DNA of 64,000 nt from contig FIZJ01000011.1 in assembly GCA_900019385.1 (NCBI GenBank), forward strand, positions 4,006 to 68,005, written 5' to 3'. Within the stretch, counting starts at the first letter, position 1; each line of letters starts with the position of its first letter. The notes under the pieces are model-generated. The model made no database searches and had not been told where the DNA came from. It saw only the letters and a program-made list of their open reading frames with translations. The position numbers and the translations under genes are program-made. Of this stretch, positions 34,945 to 44,903 are shown one piece after another. Source of the DNA: an uncultured Clostridia bacterium (lineage in GTDB: Bacteria > Bacillota > Limnochordia > Darwinibacteriales > DTU012).

Positions 34945-36366
34945 TTACCGCCCTCCAATGTTAACTTTGCACTTAATGGCCGGGCCACCCATACCAACAG
35001 GCATGGGCTGCTTTTTGCCGCACATTCCCGCGACAGACCATTTCATGTCGTTCGAGACCATGGTGACTGTCTGCAGCACATCGAAGGCTACGCCGGAGAT
35101 AGTTGTGTCGAAGATGGCGCGGCCCAGTTTGCCGTTCTTGATTTCATACCCGAGGACGACTCCGAACATGAACTCGCTGGTTGTGTCCGCCTGCCCGTTG
35201 TTGGGGCGGATCAGGTAGTACCCGTCGTCGATGGAGGCGATCATGTCCTCGAGGCTGTCTTTGCCCGGCAGGATCGCTGTGTTGCGCATCCGGATCAGCG
35301 GTTCGTCGGAAAAAGACCAGGCCCGGGCGTTGCCGGTTGGCTTGACACCGTAGTGGAGCGCGCTTTCTTTGCTGTGCAGATAGGTCTTGAGAATACCCTG
35401 ATCGATGATCACCGCGTCTTCCGCCTCGGTCCCCTCGTCATCCACAAAGATGGGCATGGGGCAGAGCTCGCCGAGGGCGTGGTGGGCGAAATCAACCAGG
35501 CTGATCAAGGGGCTGGCTACTTGTTTGTCCATGAATCTGGCCGCCACCGACCCCCCCAGGACCAAATCCGCCTCAGTGGTGTGGCCGATGGCTTCGTGGG
35601 CCAGGATCCCGCCGAGATCGGCGTCGAGGATGCAGTCTTTGACCCCTGGTTCGGCGTATACTCCCTCCACCTTGTGGCGCAGCTGCTCATAGAGGAGGTC
35701 TATATCCTTATAAAGATCGGCAGGATCGTTGAAGACATCCTCGAACTGGCCCCGGCTGCCGAAGACATCGAACAGCTCGACGGGATTGCCGTCCTTGTCC
35801 ATGGTCATGGTGATCGAGATCAGCGCCCGGGGGTTGAAGGAGTATGCGTGGGAACCGTCGGAAGTAAGCAGCTGCTTTTCCATGTCGAGGCAGTTCAGGT
35901 TCACATAGCGGCTGGCCAGATCAGGGTATTTCTCGGCGATATACTGATCAACCTGCTTGGTGAATTCGATCAGCTGCTTCTGTGTAAGCCGAGGCTTATT
36001 GGTGGAAAAGTCATGCTCCGCTCTCAGCGGTTTCGCCGGCAAATCCGGCTTGCCTTTGTTCTGCTTGCCGTCGAGGAAAGCGGCGTTGGCGGAAGCGGCT
36101 TTGATTACCTGTCTGACACTTTCATCGGTAAAATCCGGACTAGAGGCAAAACCCCAGGAACCATGCTGGTAAACCCGGGCGCAAATGCCGCTGGTGGTGG
36201 ACTGGACATTCCGGACGTTGCTGCCTTTGAGAAACCCAATCGATACGACGTGGTTTTCCTGCGCCCGCAGCTCTGTATAACCGGCTAGCAAAGGTGTGTA
36301 TTTCTCCAAATCAATCCGTTGCAAACCTATCCCTCCCTGTTTCGCGTTACTATTACTTTTAGCCAT
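34945..36366 (-). CDS. tldD: TldD-type metalloprotease
   Basis: HEAIGHTTEADL is the HExxxH-like TldD motif, and the C-terminus is GMCGK..Q..PVG.GGP. The start is set at ATG 36366 (MAKSNSNAKQ..). The 699-aa track ORF runs on through the aroA promoter and antisense to aroA. Confidence 0.8.
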   Translation of the reverse strand: MAKSNSNAKQGGIGLQRIDLEKYTPLLAGYTELRAQENHVVSIGFLKGSNVRNVQSTTSGICARVYQHGSWGFASSPDFTDESVRQVIKAASANAAFLDGKQNKGKPDLPAKPLRAEHDFSTNKPRLTQKQLIEFTKQVDQYIAEKYPDLASRYVNLNCLDMEKQLLTSDGSHAYSFNPRALISITMTMDKDGNPVELFDVFGSRGQFEDVFNDPADLYKDIDLLYEQLRHKVEGVYAEPGVKDCILDADLGGILAHEAIGHTTEADLVLGGSVAARFMDKQVASPLISLVDFAHHALGELCPMPIFVDDEGTEAEDAVIIDQGILKTYLHSKESALHYGVKPTGNARAWSFSDEPLIRMRNTAILPGKDSLEDMIASIDDGYYLIRPNNGQADTTSEFMFGVVLGYEIKNGKLGRAIFDTTISGVAFDVLQTVTMVSNDMKWSVAGMCGKKQPMPVGMGGPAIKCKVNIGGR

Positions 36367-36410
36367 CGATCCGCAAGATTCCTCTCGTCCCGTATCGCCA
36401 ACCAAAAGAG

Positions 36411-36440
36411 TTGTCACAACTGCCATATTTAGGATATAAT
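36411..36440 (+). promoter_or_regulatory. Candidate sigma-70 promoter for aroA-aroB
   Basis: TTGTCA, 18 nt spacer, TATAAT, 30 nt upstream of ATG 36470. Confidence 0.5.
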
Positions 36441-36469
36441 CAATGCAAAGCGAGGGCGGAGGAAAGAAA

Positions 36470-37774
36470 ATGGCAGTATTGACAGTCGGCACTAGCAAAC
36501 AGCTCCGGGGCCAGGTGACTGTGCCAGGGGACAAATCCATTTCCCACCGTGCAGTGATGCTGGCAGCCCTGGCTGAGGGCAGTTCGCGGATCGAAAACTT
36601 CCTGTTCAGCGATGACTGCCTCCAGACGGCGGCCTGCATGAGAAAACTCGGTATCAATGTGGAATGGGAAGACGGCGTCGTCTGGGTCGAAGGCAGAGGC
36701 TTGGATGGCTTGTCCGAACCAGAAGATATTCTGGACGCCGGGAATTCCGGCACCACAATCCGCCTTTTGAGCGGGATTTTAGCCGGGCAGAACTTCACCA
36801 GTGTGCTCACAGGCGATGCCTCGCTGAGGCGGCGCCCCATGGGGCGGATTACCAAGCCTCTAAAGCTGATGGGCGCTGACATCATGGGGCGGCAGTCGGG
36901 GAATCTGGCGCCTTTGGCGATCGCCGGAGGGAATCTGAAGCCGATTGCATACCAGACGGAAGTGGCCAGCGCCCAGGTAAAATCCGCTGTGCTCTTGGCT
37001 GGGCTGTTTTGCGACGGCTGGACGGAAGTGGTGGAGCCGGCCAAGTCCCGGGATCACACGGAGATCATGCTGCAGGCTTTTGGTGTGCCCATAGACGTTG
37101 ACGGGCTAAAAGTGAGAGTGAAGGGCGGGCATGCTCCAAGTCCCTGCAGCCTTGTGGTTCCAGGTGATCTGTCTTCTGCCGCGTTTTTGATGGTGGCAGG
37201 CTGTATTGTGCCTGATTCCAGGATAGAGATTCATAATGTAGGGTTAAACCCGACTAGGAGCGGCATCATCGACATCCTTACATCAATGGGCGCCAAGATT
37301 ACCGTTACTAACCGTCGAGAAAGCATGGGCGAACCGGTGGGTGATCTGATTGTCGAATCAAGTGAGCTTTCCGGGGTTGCCATCGGGGGAGAACTGGTGG
37401 TCCGGGCCATCGATGAAATCCCGGTGGCGGCTGCGGCGGCATGTTTGGCAGAAGGGGTCACCGTAATCCGCGATGCTGAGGAATTGAAAGTCAAGGAAAG
37501 CAACCGCATCGCCGCCATCGCCGGCGAACTGCGAAAGCTGGGAGCCGAGATTGAGGAACTGCCGGATGGGCTGCGCATCACCGGCGGCAAGGCCCTTGCC
37601 GGCGCTGTGGTGGACAGCCGCGGGGATCACCGCATTGCCTTGGCGCTGGCGGTGATTGGATTGGCGGCGGAAGGCCAGACCAGGATTATGGGAGCCGAAT
37701 GTCTGGCGGTGTCATATCCCGGTTTCCCGCAGACCCTTGCTCAGTTGGGAGGCGTGGTCATTGCATCCGAATAA
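36470..37774 (+). CDS. aroA: 3-phosphoshikimate 1-carboxyvinyltransferase (EPSP synthase)
   Basis: VPGDKSISHRAVMLAALAEG, LDAGNSGTTIRLL.G and RPM.R...PL. The length is typical. SD GGCGGAGGAAAG lies upstream of ATG 36470. Confidence 0.92.
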   Translation: MAVLTVGTSKQLRGQVTVPGDKSISHRAVMLAALAEGSSRIENFLFSDDCLQTAACMRKLGINVEWEDGVVWVEGRGLDGLSEPEDILDAGNSGTTIRLLSGILAGQNFTSVLTGDASLRRRPMGRITKPLKLMGADIMGRQSGNLAPLAIAGGNLKPIAYQTEVASAQVKSAVLLAGLFCDGWTEVVEPAKSRDHTEIMLQAFGVPIDVDGLKVRVKGGHAPSPCSLVVPGDLSSAAFLMVAGCIVPDSRIEIHNVGLNPTRSGIIDILTSMGAKITVTNRRESMGEPVGDLIVESSELSGVAIGGELVVRAIDEIPVAAAAACLAEGVTVIRDAEELKVKESNRIAAIAGELRKLGAEIEELPDGLRITGGKALAGAVVDSRGDHRIALALAVIGLAAEGQTRIMGAECLAVSYPGFPQTLAQLGGVVIASE

Positions 37775-38894
37775 AAACGGCGGTAAACCTGCGGCCAAGC
37801 TGCAGGTTACAACTCCCACATCCAGCTACCCCATCTATATCGGTTCCGGCCTGCTTCAGCGGATCGGCGCTTACCTAGGTGAGACACCGGCCATCAGCAG
37901 GATTGAAGAGGTGCTGCTTGTGAGCAATGAGACGGTGTACCCCCTCTACGGCGGACCGGTGGAACAGGCACTGGAGCAAAGCGGCAGAAGAGTCCACACC
38001 TTTGTGATGCCCGACGGCGAGCAGCACAAAAGCTGGGACATGGCTGAGCGGATCTTAAGTTACGCCCTGAAGCGGCGCCTTTCCCGGAAAACGCTCGTCA
38101 TCGCCCTTGGGGGCGGGGTGGTCGGTGATCTGGCGGGTTTCGCGGCGGCGGTTTACCTCAGGGGAGTGCCGCTGGTCCAGATTCCCACCACACTCCTTGC
38201 CCAGGTTGACAGCAGTATCGGCGGCAAGGTGGCGGTAAACCACCCTCTGGGCAAAAACATGATCGGCGCGTTCCACCGTCCTGAGCTGGTCTTGGCTGAC
38301 GCAGCCGTTCTCTCCACTCTGCCAAGGCGGGAACTGATCGCCGGCTTGGCGGAAGTGATTAAATACGGCATCATCTGGGACGAGCACCTGTTCAGCTTCC
38401 TGGAGGCGAATGCGGAGGCAGTGCTCGCTTGTGATCCCGAGTGCTTGGAGGCGGCGATCCGCCGCTCTTGTGAAATCAAGGCGGAGATCGTTGCCAAAGA
38501 TGAGCGGGATCAGGGTTTGCGGGCGATCTTGAATTTCGGCCATACTGTGGGCCATGCCCTGGAAAATGTGACCGGGTATACGGCATACCGCCACGGCGAA
38601 GCGGTGGCGGTGGGGATGGCCGCCGCCTGCAGGTTGGGCACTTTGATCGGCTGTATGAGCCAAGAAGAAGCCGAGCGGGTTATCCGCCTGCTTGAGCGGT
38701 ACGGGCTGCCGGTCAAGCTTCCGGCGGAAGCAAGGCCACATATTCCGGCGGCGATGATGCACGACAAGAAAGCTGTAGGCGATCAGCTCTGGTTTGTCAT
38801 CCCCAACCGGATCGGGGAAGTGGGCCTGGCCAATTTCGGCAGAGATTACGATTGGAGCCTGTTGGAAGAGGCTTTGGACAGTATTGTGGATTAA
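37761..38894 (+). CDS. aroB: 3-dehydroquinate synthase
   Basis: LGGGVVGDLAGFAAA.Y.RG....QIPTTLLAQVDSS.GGK..VN, ILNFGHT.GHA.E and H.GEAVA.GM. TTG 37761 has SD GGGAGG 8 nt upstream and overlaps the aroA end by 14 nt. Confidence 0.9.
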   Translation: MHPNKNGGKPAAKLQVTTPTSSYPIYIGSGLLQRIGAYLGETPAISRIEEVLLVSNETVYPLYGGPVEQALEQSGRRVHTFVMPDGEQHKSWDMAERILSYALKRRLSRKTLVIALGGGVVGDLAGFAAAVYLRGVPLVQIPTTLLAQVDSSIGGKVAVNHPLGKNMIGAFHRPELVLADAAVLSTLPRRELIAGLAEVIKYGIIWDEHLFSFLEANAEAVLACDPECLEAAIRRSCEIKAEIVAKDERDQGLRAILNFGHTVGHALENVTGYTAYRHGEAVAVGMAAACRLGTLIGCMSQEEAERVIRLLERYGLPVKLPAEARPHIPAAMMHDKKAVGDQLWFVIPNRIGEVGLANFGRDYDWSLLEEALDSIVD

Positions 38895-38918
38895 CAATTA
38901 TTGGAAAGGAGCAGATCC

Positions 38919-41159
38919 ATGCGGAAGGTGATCGGCCTATTGCAGGGCTGGCAGTACTGCGACAACTTTTCCGAAGCTTTTTTGCAAAATGATTTTGACG
39001 GGTATGCATGGCAGGAAGTGACCCTTCCCCATGCCAACAAGGAAATCCCCTACAATTATTTCGACGAGCGGGATTATCAGTTTGTGTCCACATACAGGAG
39101 GGAGTTGGACATTGATCCATCGGATCAAGGCAAGCGCCTGTTTCTTGACTTCGAAGGGGTGATGGCCGCCGCCGAGGTTTACCTCAACCAAGTGCTTGTA
39201 GGATCACACCGGGGCGGCTACACGCCGTTTTCATGTGAAATCACGCATGCCGTCAACTTCGGCGGCGAGAACCAACTGGTGGTGGTGGTCGATTCCACCG
39301 AACGTCCCGATATCCCGCCTTTCGGACACGTGATGGATTATCTCTGTTACGGTGGTATCTACCGGGAAGTGAACTTTAGAGCAGTCGATCCCATTTTCAT
39401 CGAAAACGTCTTTGCTAAGCCGAAAAACGTCCTAACCGAGGCCAGAGAGCTGGAAGTGGATGTTTACATCAATAATCCGCTCAACAATGCGGTGACGGGC
39501 GAACTGCAGGCAGTATTGAGCCGCGGCGGCAAGGTTGTCGCCCAAGCCTTCCGCAGCGTAGAGCTAACCACGCGCGGCATCATTGTGGAGACAATGAGAC
39601 TGACCGATCTTGCAGAAGTGGAATTGTGGGATCTGGACACACCGAACCTGTATCAGCTGATAGTGAGCCTGAGGACCAACCTGCCCACGGAAGACAGTTA
39701 TACTGACAGGATCGGCTTTAGGGAGGCGGTTGTCCGGCCGGATGGATTTTTCCTCAACGGGCGCCGGGTGAAAATCAGGGGCTTGAACCGGCACCAGGCC
39801 TGGCCTTATGTAGGTTACGCCATGCCGAAGCGGGCCCAGCGGGACGACGCGGACATTCTGAAATACCAGCTGCATCTGAATACAGTCAGGACCAGCCATT
39901 ACCCTCAATCCCGACACTTCCTGGACCGCTGCGACGAGATCGGACTTTTGGTCATCGAGGAGATTCCCGGTTGGCAGCACATCGGCGATGCCGAGTGGAA
40001 GAAACTGGCATGCAGCCACGTACGGGAAATGATCCAAAGAGATTGGAACCACCCTTCTGTGATTTTGTGGGGAGTGCGGATCAACGAATCCCGGGACGAC
40101 CATGACTTCTACACCGAAACCAACCGCATCGCCCGAGAGCTGGACCCCACCCGCCAGACCTGCGGAGTCAGGTTTCACGGCCACAGCGAGTTCTTGGAAG
40201 ATGTCTACACCATGAATGATTTCGCCCATTCAGGGGGTGATCTGGTGCTGCGGGACCAACGGGTGGTCACCGGCCTGGATCACTATGTGCCCTACATTGT
40301 GACGGAGTATAACGGGCACATGTACCCCACCAAACGTTTTGACCATGAAGAGCGGCTGATGGAGCACGCCCTGCGCCACATGCGGGTTCTGAGCGCCGCT
40401 GGCCTGGATCCTCACATCGCCGGGACCGTGGGCTGGTGCGCCTTCGACTACAACACGCATTATCAGTTTGGTTCGGGTGACCGGATCTGTTATCACGGTG
40501 TGATGGATATGTTCCGAATCCCCAAGTTCGCTGCGGACGCTTACCGGAGCCAGGTTGATCCTGAAACAGAAGTTGTCCTATCGCCGGTAACCCTGTGGGC
40601 CAGAGGCGAGCGGAGCATTGGCGGAGTGTTTCCCCTGGTGGTCTTCACCAACTGCGACTGTGTGGAGATCAAGGTGGACGGGCAGAGTGTCGGCAAGTTT
40701 TTCCCCGACCGGCTCCAGTTCCCAGGTGTGAAGTATCCGCCGGTGGTGATCCGACATGCCCCCGGCATTCTCGGTGAATGGGGATCCCAGTGGTATGACG
40801 GGGAGATCATCGGCTATGTCAACGGCAAGGCGGCCGCGGTCAAGAAGTTCATCAAGAACCCGGTTGCCAGCAAGCTGGAAATCAAGGCCGACCATCAGCT
40901 GCTTGACGCCGACGGCAGCGACGTCACCAGGGTCGTTTTCCGCATTGTCGATCAGGTGGGCAACGTGGTTCCGTACATCAATGACTTCATCTCCATCGAA
41001 GTGGACGGGCCGGGAGAAGTGGTGGGCCCGAAGCAAGTGGTGCTGATCGGCGGCTGCATTGCCGCCTGGATCAAGACAAAAACAAAGCCCGGCACCATTA
41101 AGGTCTGGGCGGTATCGTCGCGGTTTGTGAGCGAGGAAATCGAAATTATTTCCCAGTAA
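38919..41159 (+). CDS. Glycoside hydrolase family 2 protein (beta-galactosidase/beta-glucuronidase-like)
   Basis: It has the GH2 sugar-binding N-domain pattern (F.G....A.VYLN...VG.H.GGY.PF..EIT). The catalytic-region motifs are NRHQ, NTVRTSHYPQS..FLD.CDE.GLLV.EE and NHPSVI.WG..NE. Confidence 0.8.
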   Translation: MRKVIGLLQGWQYCDNFSEAFLQNDFDGYAWQEVTLPHANKEIPYNYFDERDYQFVSTYRRELDIDPSDQGKRLFLDFEGVMAAAEVYLNQVLVGSHRGGYTPFSCEITHAVNFGGENQLVVVVDSTERPDIPPFGHVMDYLCYGGIYREVNFRAVDPIFIENVFAKPKNVLTEARELEVDVYINNPLNNAVTGELQAVLSRGGKVVAQAFRSVELTTRGIIVETMRLTDLAEVELWDLDTPNLYQLIVSLRTNLPTEDSYTDRIGFREAVVRPDGFFLNGRRVKIRGLNRHQAWPYVGYAMPKRAQRDDADILKYQLHLNTVRTSHYPQSRHFLDRCDEIGLLVIEEIPGWQHIGDAEWKKLACSHVREMIQRDWNHPSVILWGVRINESRDDHDFYTETNRIARELDPTRQTCGVRFHGHSEFLEDVYTMNDFAHSGGDLVLRDQRVVTGLDHYVPYIVTEYNGHMYPTKRFDHEERLMEHALRHMRVLSAAGLDPHIAGTVGWCAFDYNTHYQFGSGDRICYHGVMDMFRIPKFAADAYRSQVDPETEVVLSPVTLWARGERSIGGVFPLVVFTNCDCVEIKVDGQSVGKFFPDRLQFPGVKYPPVVIRHAPGILGEWGSQWYDGEIIGYVNGKAAAVKKFIKNPVASKLEIKADHQLLDADGSDVTRVVFRIVDQVGNVVPYINDFISIEVDGPGEVVGPKQVVLIGGCIAAWIKTKTKPGTIKVWAVSSRFVSEEIEIISQ

Positions 41160-43362
41160 GCTTCGCGTCGACCTTGGCCATCAAGGCGGGCATTCGCACA
41201 CCGAAGCGGAGGGACTGGGCCATGGTCTTGCCGTCCTGGTCGATCTGATCACAGCGGTTGGTGAAGGCGGTGACAGCTTTTTCCCACAGCTCCTGATCGC
41301 CGCTGTAAAGGTATGCATAGCCGACACCCGGCGAAACCATGCGGTCGTTTTTCGGAGTATGAACCCGCTCCGAGAGCTGCGCCCAGCGCGGTTTGGGGTA
41401 TTCCCAAACGCCGAGTTCCTCGATCCAGTTGATCCGGGCAAGCCGCCTGGCAATGGCCACGATCACCGAGCGGACTTCTTCGTCCGGGAACATCTGGTCA
41501 TACATTACCAGCGATTCCAAAACCGGGGAGCCAATCAAAAAGACCTGCCAGTACGATGGCGGATAATGCTCCCGCATCATACAGCCTTCGAAATGGCCGA
41601 GTTCGTGGTTGAACAAAGACACGACTCGGCTTTTTAATCGCTGGGCCGCTTTGAGGTATTCCGGCTCGGCGAAGATCTGGTAGCAGGCGAGCATGGCGAT
41701 GAGAGGCCAGGTAAGCGCCCGCTCCGTCCCGTAGAGCTCTTCACTGGCGAGAATGCCCCGGCACCACAATCGCCCGGTGTTTTCAGCAACCTCCCGGGCA
41801 AGGTAGTCCCCGGAGAGGACATGATACTCCAACAAGCCCTGGAGCCAAGCGTGGGATCCCAATTTGGGATCGGCGCTGTTATGCTGGGCGCTGTGGGGAT
41901 AGACCATCCCCGATGTGGGCCCGGCATTGGCGATATCGATGTTGAGCATGTGCCGCGCCGCCGGCAGGGCGAATTCGTGGTACCAGCCGGTGCCGCTGCC
42001 CCGGAGGAACATCAAAACACCTACGTGGGGGTAATCGTATTCGCAGTTGTTCCAGACATCCGGCTGGGAGAGCAGATCATCACCGAAGTGGCGGTCGCCG
42101 TAAAGTCTCAAGCTTTGACGGCGGTCCAGGATCATCGCCAGCGATCTGTCGGCCAACAGTTCGAATTCGGGAAACGCTTCCGCGCGGGCGGTGAGGTCGC
42201 CCAAAGCGCCGCTTTGAGCATACCACTGCCACGGCGCTGTGGGAATCATCGGCTGGTTGAATCCGGCAAAAATATGATTGAGCGAAGCCGGGTCCAATGC
42301 ATTGTCTCCGCTGTGAAAGCACAGCATCAGTTCATGGGTGCGCGACTCGCCCACAGCCAAGTGGTAGCGCCCGGAAAACTCCGAAGTGGGAGGGAACTCG
42401 TCCTTGATCCGGGATTTCTCCGGCAAAAGGCCTACGCGGATCTGGCCTCCGTCGGCTTCCAGGCTCTTGGGGAACATCTGCCAGAAAAACCTTACAGCTG
42501 CGGAAACCTCTGGACTGTGGATCCAGCCTTGGAACCGCTGGTCTTTGATGAAGGATGTTCCACCGCTGTTGTAAACACATTGATCAGGTGTATCCTGCAG
42601 GACATAGATTTCTTGTCCCGATAAAGCGGCCTCTGGCTCAGGGACAGTGTCGGTCGTGCCTGCATAGACAGCCGCTTCGCCCCAGGGATTGGGAACAACC
42701 CAGGCTGCGTCTTTCAATATCTGCCCCCCTGCGGTGCAGGTGATGGTGGAAAACAGGCGTACGAAGGTGTGACCGCGGTAGAACTCGAAGCGGTATGTAT
42801 AAGCGAAACCGGCTGGGTTTTGGTCTGCATCCACAAACTGCCCTTTGATGCAGACAACCGCCCGCTCCGGGCCGTTTTCATCTAGTTGGAGGGTCTGCGC
42901 CGGCCCCGGCAGCAGCAGACCATCGGCTGTTTTCAGCTGAAGACCGGTACCGGATAGAGCAGGGGGTTGGTTGATGCCGAACTCAGCTTTCAGCTTCCCT
43001 GTATCCACTCGGATCCAGGTGTGATTCGGGCCGGGATCGGCCGCGGCGATGCACCGCCTGGAAGCTTGAGGGTGCGGCGCCTGCGGATTGATGCGGAGGT
43101 AGTAGGTCCGGGTGCTTTCTGGTGGGACATCGGCCTGAAAGTGCAGCAGCACCCACTTGATCCGCTCTTTCCCCGGCCACCAGGCCAAGGGGGTAAACTG
43201 GCACGGTACAGACTGTTGGTGGTCATCATATAGAGCAAAGGTGTCGGTTGAGGTCACTGCTTCCTCGAAAGGAATCGGGACTCCACCGCTGACCGGCTCC
43301 CGTTCCCGGCGGAACGGAGCTGGGTTTGCGAGATAAATCGGCAGATCCGGCAATATGTTCAC
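41146..43362 (-). CDS. PcRGLX/YetA-like polysaccharide lyase-fold protein (tentative)
   Basis: 738 aa. The N-terminus SGGVPIPFEE.....FALYD...QSVPCQFTPLAWWPGKERIKWVLLHFQA resembles the RIFT-barrel start recalled for YetA/PcRGLX-type proteins. The C-terminal half is helical, toroid-like. The start is uncertain: GTG 43362 has an SD only 1 nt away, while TTG 43353 has better spacing. Confidence 0.4.
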   Translation of the reverse strand: MNILPDLPIYLANPAPFRREREPVSGGVPIPFEEAVTSTDTFALYDDHQQSVPCQFTPLAWWPGKERIKWVLLHFQADVPPESTRTYYLRINPQAPHPQASRRCIAAADPGPNHTWIRVDTGKLKAEFGINQPPALSGTGLQLKTADGLLLPGPAQTLQLDENGPERAVVCIKGQFVDADQNPAGFAYTYRFEFYRGHTFVRLFSTITCTAGGQILKDAAWVVPNPWGEAAVYAGTTDTVPEPEAALSGQEIYVLQDTPDQCVYNSGGTSFIKDQRFQGWIHSPEVSAAVRFFWQMFPKSLEADGGQIRVGLLPEKSRIKDEFPPTSEFSGRYHLAVGESRTHELMLCFHSGDNALDPASLNHIFAGFNQPMIPTAPWQWYAQSGALGDLTARAEAFPEFELLADRSLAMILDRRQSLRLYGDRHFGDDLLSQPDVWNNCEYDYPHVGVLMFLRGSGTGWYHEFALPAARHMLNIDIANAGPTSGMVYPHSAQHNSADPKLGSHAWLQGLLEYHVLSGDYLAREVAENTGRLWCRGILASEELYGTERALTWPLIAMLACYQIFAEPEYLKAAQRLKSRVVSLFNHELGHFEGCMMREHYPPSYWQVFLIGSPVLESLVMYDQMFPDEEVRSVIVAIARRLARINWIEELGVWEYPKPRWAQLSERVHTPKNDRMVSPGVGYAYLYSGDQELWEKAVTAFTNRCDQIDQDGKTMAQSLRFGVRMPALMAKVDAKLTGK

Positions 43363-43456
43363 TCTCCCAACGGAAATGTATCTGTATCAAATACACAGAT
43401 CATAGATAGTATAACATGTGCAGGCGGGGGTTTAAATGGTTAAACAGCCCCTGCTA

Positions 43457-43485
43457 TTGACACCCATGGAAGCAAATGCTAGTAT
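43457..43485 (+). promoter_or_regulatory. Sigma-70 promoter for metK
   Basis: TTGACA, 17 nt spacer, TAGTAT. Confidence 0.55.
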
Positions 43486-43502
43486 GGTACATGAGAATCG
43501 TC

Positions 43503-43530
43503 CTCCCTGGGGCTGGGGAGCTTTTTTCTT
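43503..43530 (+). terminator. Terminator-like hairpin plus U-run inside the short metK leader
   Basis: CTCCCT-GGGGCT-GGGGAG (5 GC/AU pairs plus one GU) followed by CTTTTTTCTT, 24 nt upstream of ATG 43554. Confidence 0.35.
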
Positions 43531-43553
43531 CACAGTTGAAAGTAGGTGATTCT

Positions 43554-44750
43554 ATGCAACCCAGACGTCATTTGTTCACGTCTGAATCAGTAACAGAAGG
43601 GCATCCGGACAAGATCTGCGATCAAATCGCCGATGCAGTGTTGGATGCCATCCTGGCGGCGGATCCCTATGCCCGTGTGGCCTGTGAAGTGGCAGTGACC
43701 ACCGGCCTGGTGTTGGTCATGGGCGAAATCACGACCGAATGCTATGTGGACATACCTCGGCTCGCAAGGGATGTGGTGCGGGAAATCGGTTACGACCGGG
43801 CGAAATATGGTTTCGACGCCGACACATGCGCTGTTTTGACCTCGCTGGAAGAGCAGTCGCCGGACATCGCCCAAGGTGTCAATCAGGCAGTGGAAATACG
43901 CAGCGGTGAACAGGACGAGTTTTCCCAAACCGGCGCCGGGGATCAAGGCATTGTCTTCGGATATGCCGCCAATGAAACACCTGAATTGATGCCGATGCCG
44001 ATTGTGCTTGCCCACAGGCTGGCCCGACGGTTGGCGGAAGTGCGCAAGCAGGGGATTGTCCCGTTCTTGAGGCCGGACGGCAAGACTCAGGTGACAGTGG
44101 AATATGAAGGCGACACACCAGTCAGAGTTGACACCGTCATTGTCTCCACCCAGCATCACCCGGACGTGGCCCATGAACAAATAACCCAAGCTGTGATGGA
44201 GCATGTGATTGAGCCGATTATCCCGGAGAGGCTCCGGCAGAACACCAAGTACCTGATCAATCCCACCGGCCGGTTTGTCATCGGTGGGCCCCAGGGCGAC
44301 GCGGGTGTGACAGGACGGAAGATCATTGTGGATACATACGGCGGTATGGCCCGCCACGGCGGAGGGGCGTTTTCCGGCAAAGATCCCACCAAGATCGACC
44401 GATCCGGATCCTATGCCGCTCGCTGGGTGGCGAAGAACATTGTGGCGGCAGGCTTGGCAGACAGGGCGGAAATCCAGATCGCCTACGCTATAGGTGTGGC
44501 TCGGCCGGTAGCGGTGCGTGTCGAAACATTCGGGACCAGCAAAATCCCTGAAAGCGATATCGAAGCATTGGTGCGGAAGCACTTCGATCTGCGCCCGGAA
44601 GCGATTATCCGCAATCTGGGGCTGAGAAGGCCGATTTACCGGCAAGTCGCCGCTTACGGGCATTTCGGCCGGCCTGATCTTGATCTGCCGTGGGAACAGC
44701 TGGACAAAGTGGAAGTTCTCCGGCAGGCATTGGAAGCAAGCAAGGCATAA
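43554..44750 (+). CDS. metK: S-adenosylmethionine synthetase
   Basis: [37 protein letters not shown] and [15 protein letters not shown] are canonical MetK blocks. Confidence 0.95.
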   Translation: MQPRRHLFTSESVTEGHPDKICDQIADAVLDAILAADPYARVACEVAVTTGLVLVMGEITTECYVDIPRLARDVVREIGYDRAKYGFDADTCAVLTSLEEQSPDIAQGVNQAVEIRSGEQDEFSQTGAGDQGIVFGYAANETPELMPMPIVLAHRLARRLAEVRKQGIVPFLRPDGKTQVTVEYEGDTPVRVDTVIVSTQHHPDVAHEQITQAVMEHVIEPIIPERLRQNTKYLINPTGRFVIGGPQGDAGVTGRKIIVDTYGGMARHGGGAFSGKDPTKIDRSGSYAARWVAKNIVAAGLADRAEIQIAYAIGVARPVAVRVETFGTSKIPESDIEALVRKHFDLRPEAIIRNLGLRRPIYRQVAAYGHFGRPDLDLPWEQLDKVEVLRQALEASKA

Positions 44751-44768
44751 CATCATCGGACAGTAAGG

Positions 44769-44805
44769 AAGGCGCTTTTCCAAGCAGTGGGGAAGCGCCT
44801 TTTTG
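44769..44805 (+). terminator. Rho-independent terminator after metK
   Basis: AAGGCGCTT / AAGCGCCTT 9-bp stem followed by TTTT. Confidence 0.7.
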
Positions 44806-44832
44806 GATCCTCGGCACAAGGTAAGTACAGAA

Positions 44833-44861
44833 TTGACAGATAACTCAGTATATGTTATTAT
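44833..44861 (+). promoter_or_regulatory. Near-consensus sigma-70 promoter for the secreted-protein pair
   Basis: TTGACA, 17 nt spacer, TGtTATTAT (extended -10). Confidence 0.55.
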
Positions 44862-44903
44862 TGACTTGCCCTCGGGAGCGGTGTCCAGTCTAGGAGGATG
44901 ATC

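Noticed and set aside
36367-37044. N-terminal 226 codons of the 699-aa track ORF that contains TldD.
   Set aside because: The extension has no TldD similarity. It crosses the aroA promoter and lies antisense to aroA. TldD-like sequence begins at ATG 36366.
43363-43456. Possible SAM-I (S-box) riboswitch or operator upstream of metK. The region contains palindromes ATCTGT-N9-ACAGAT and GCAGG..TTTAA-ATGG-TTAAA..CCTGC.
   Set aside because: I found no S-box core motifs. The palindromes lie upstream of the best -35 element, so they would not be in the metK transcript. They may be protein operators in the divergent promoter region, but I cannot support that.
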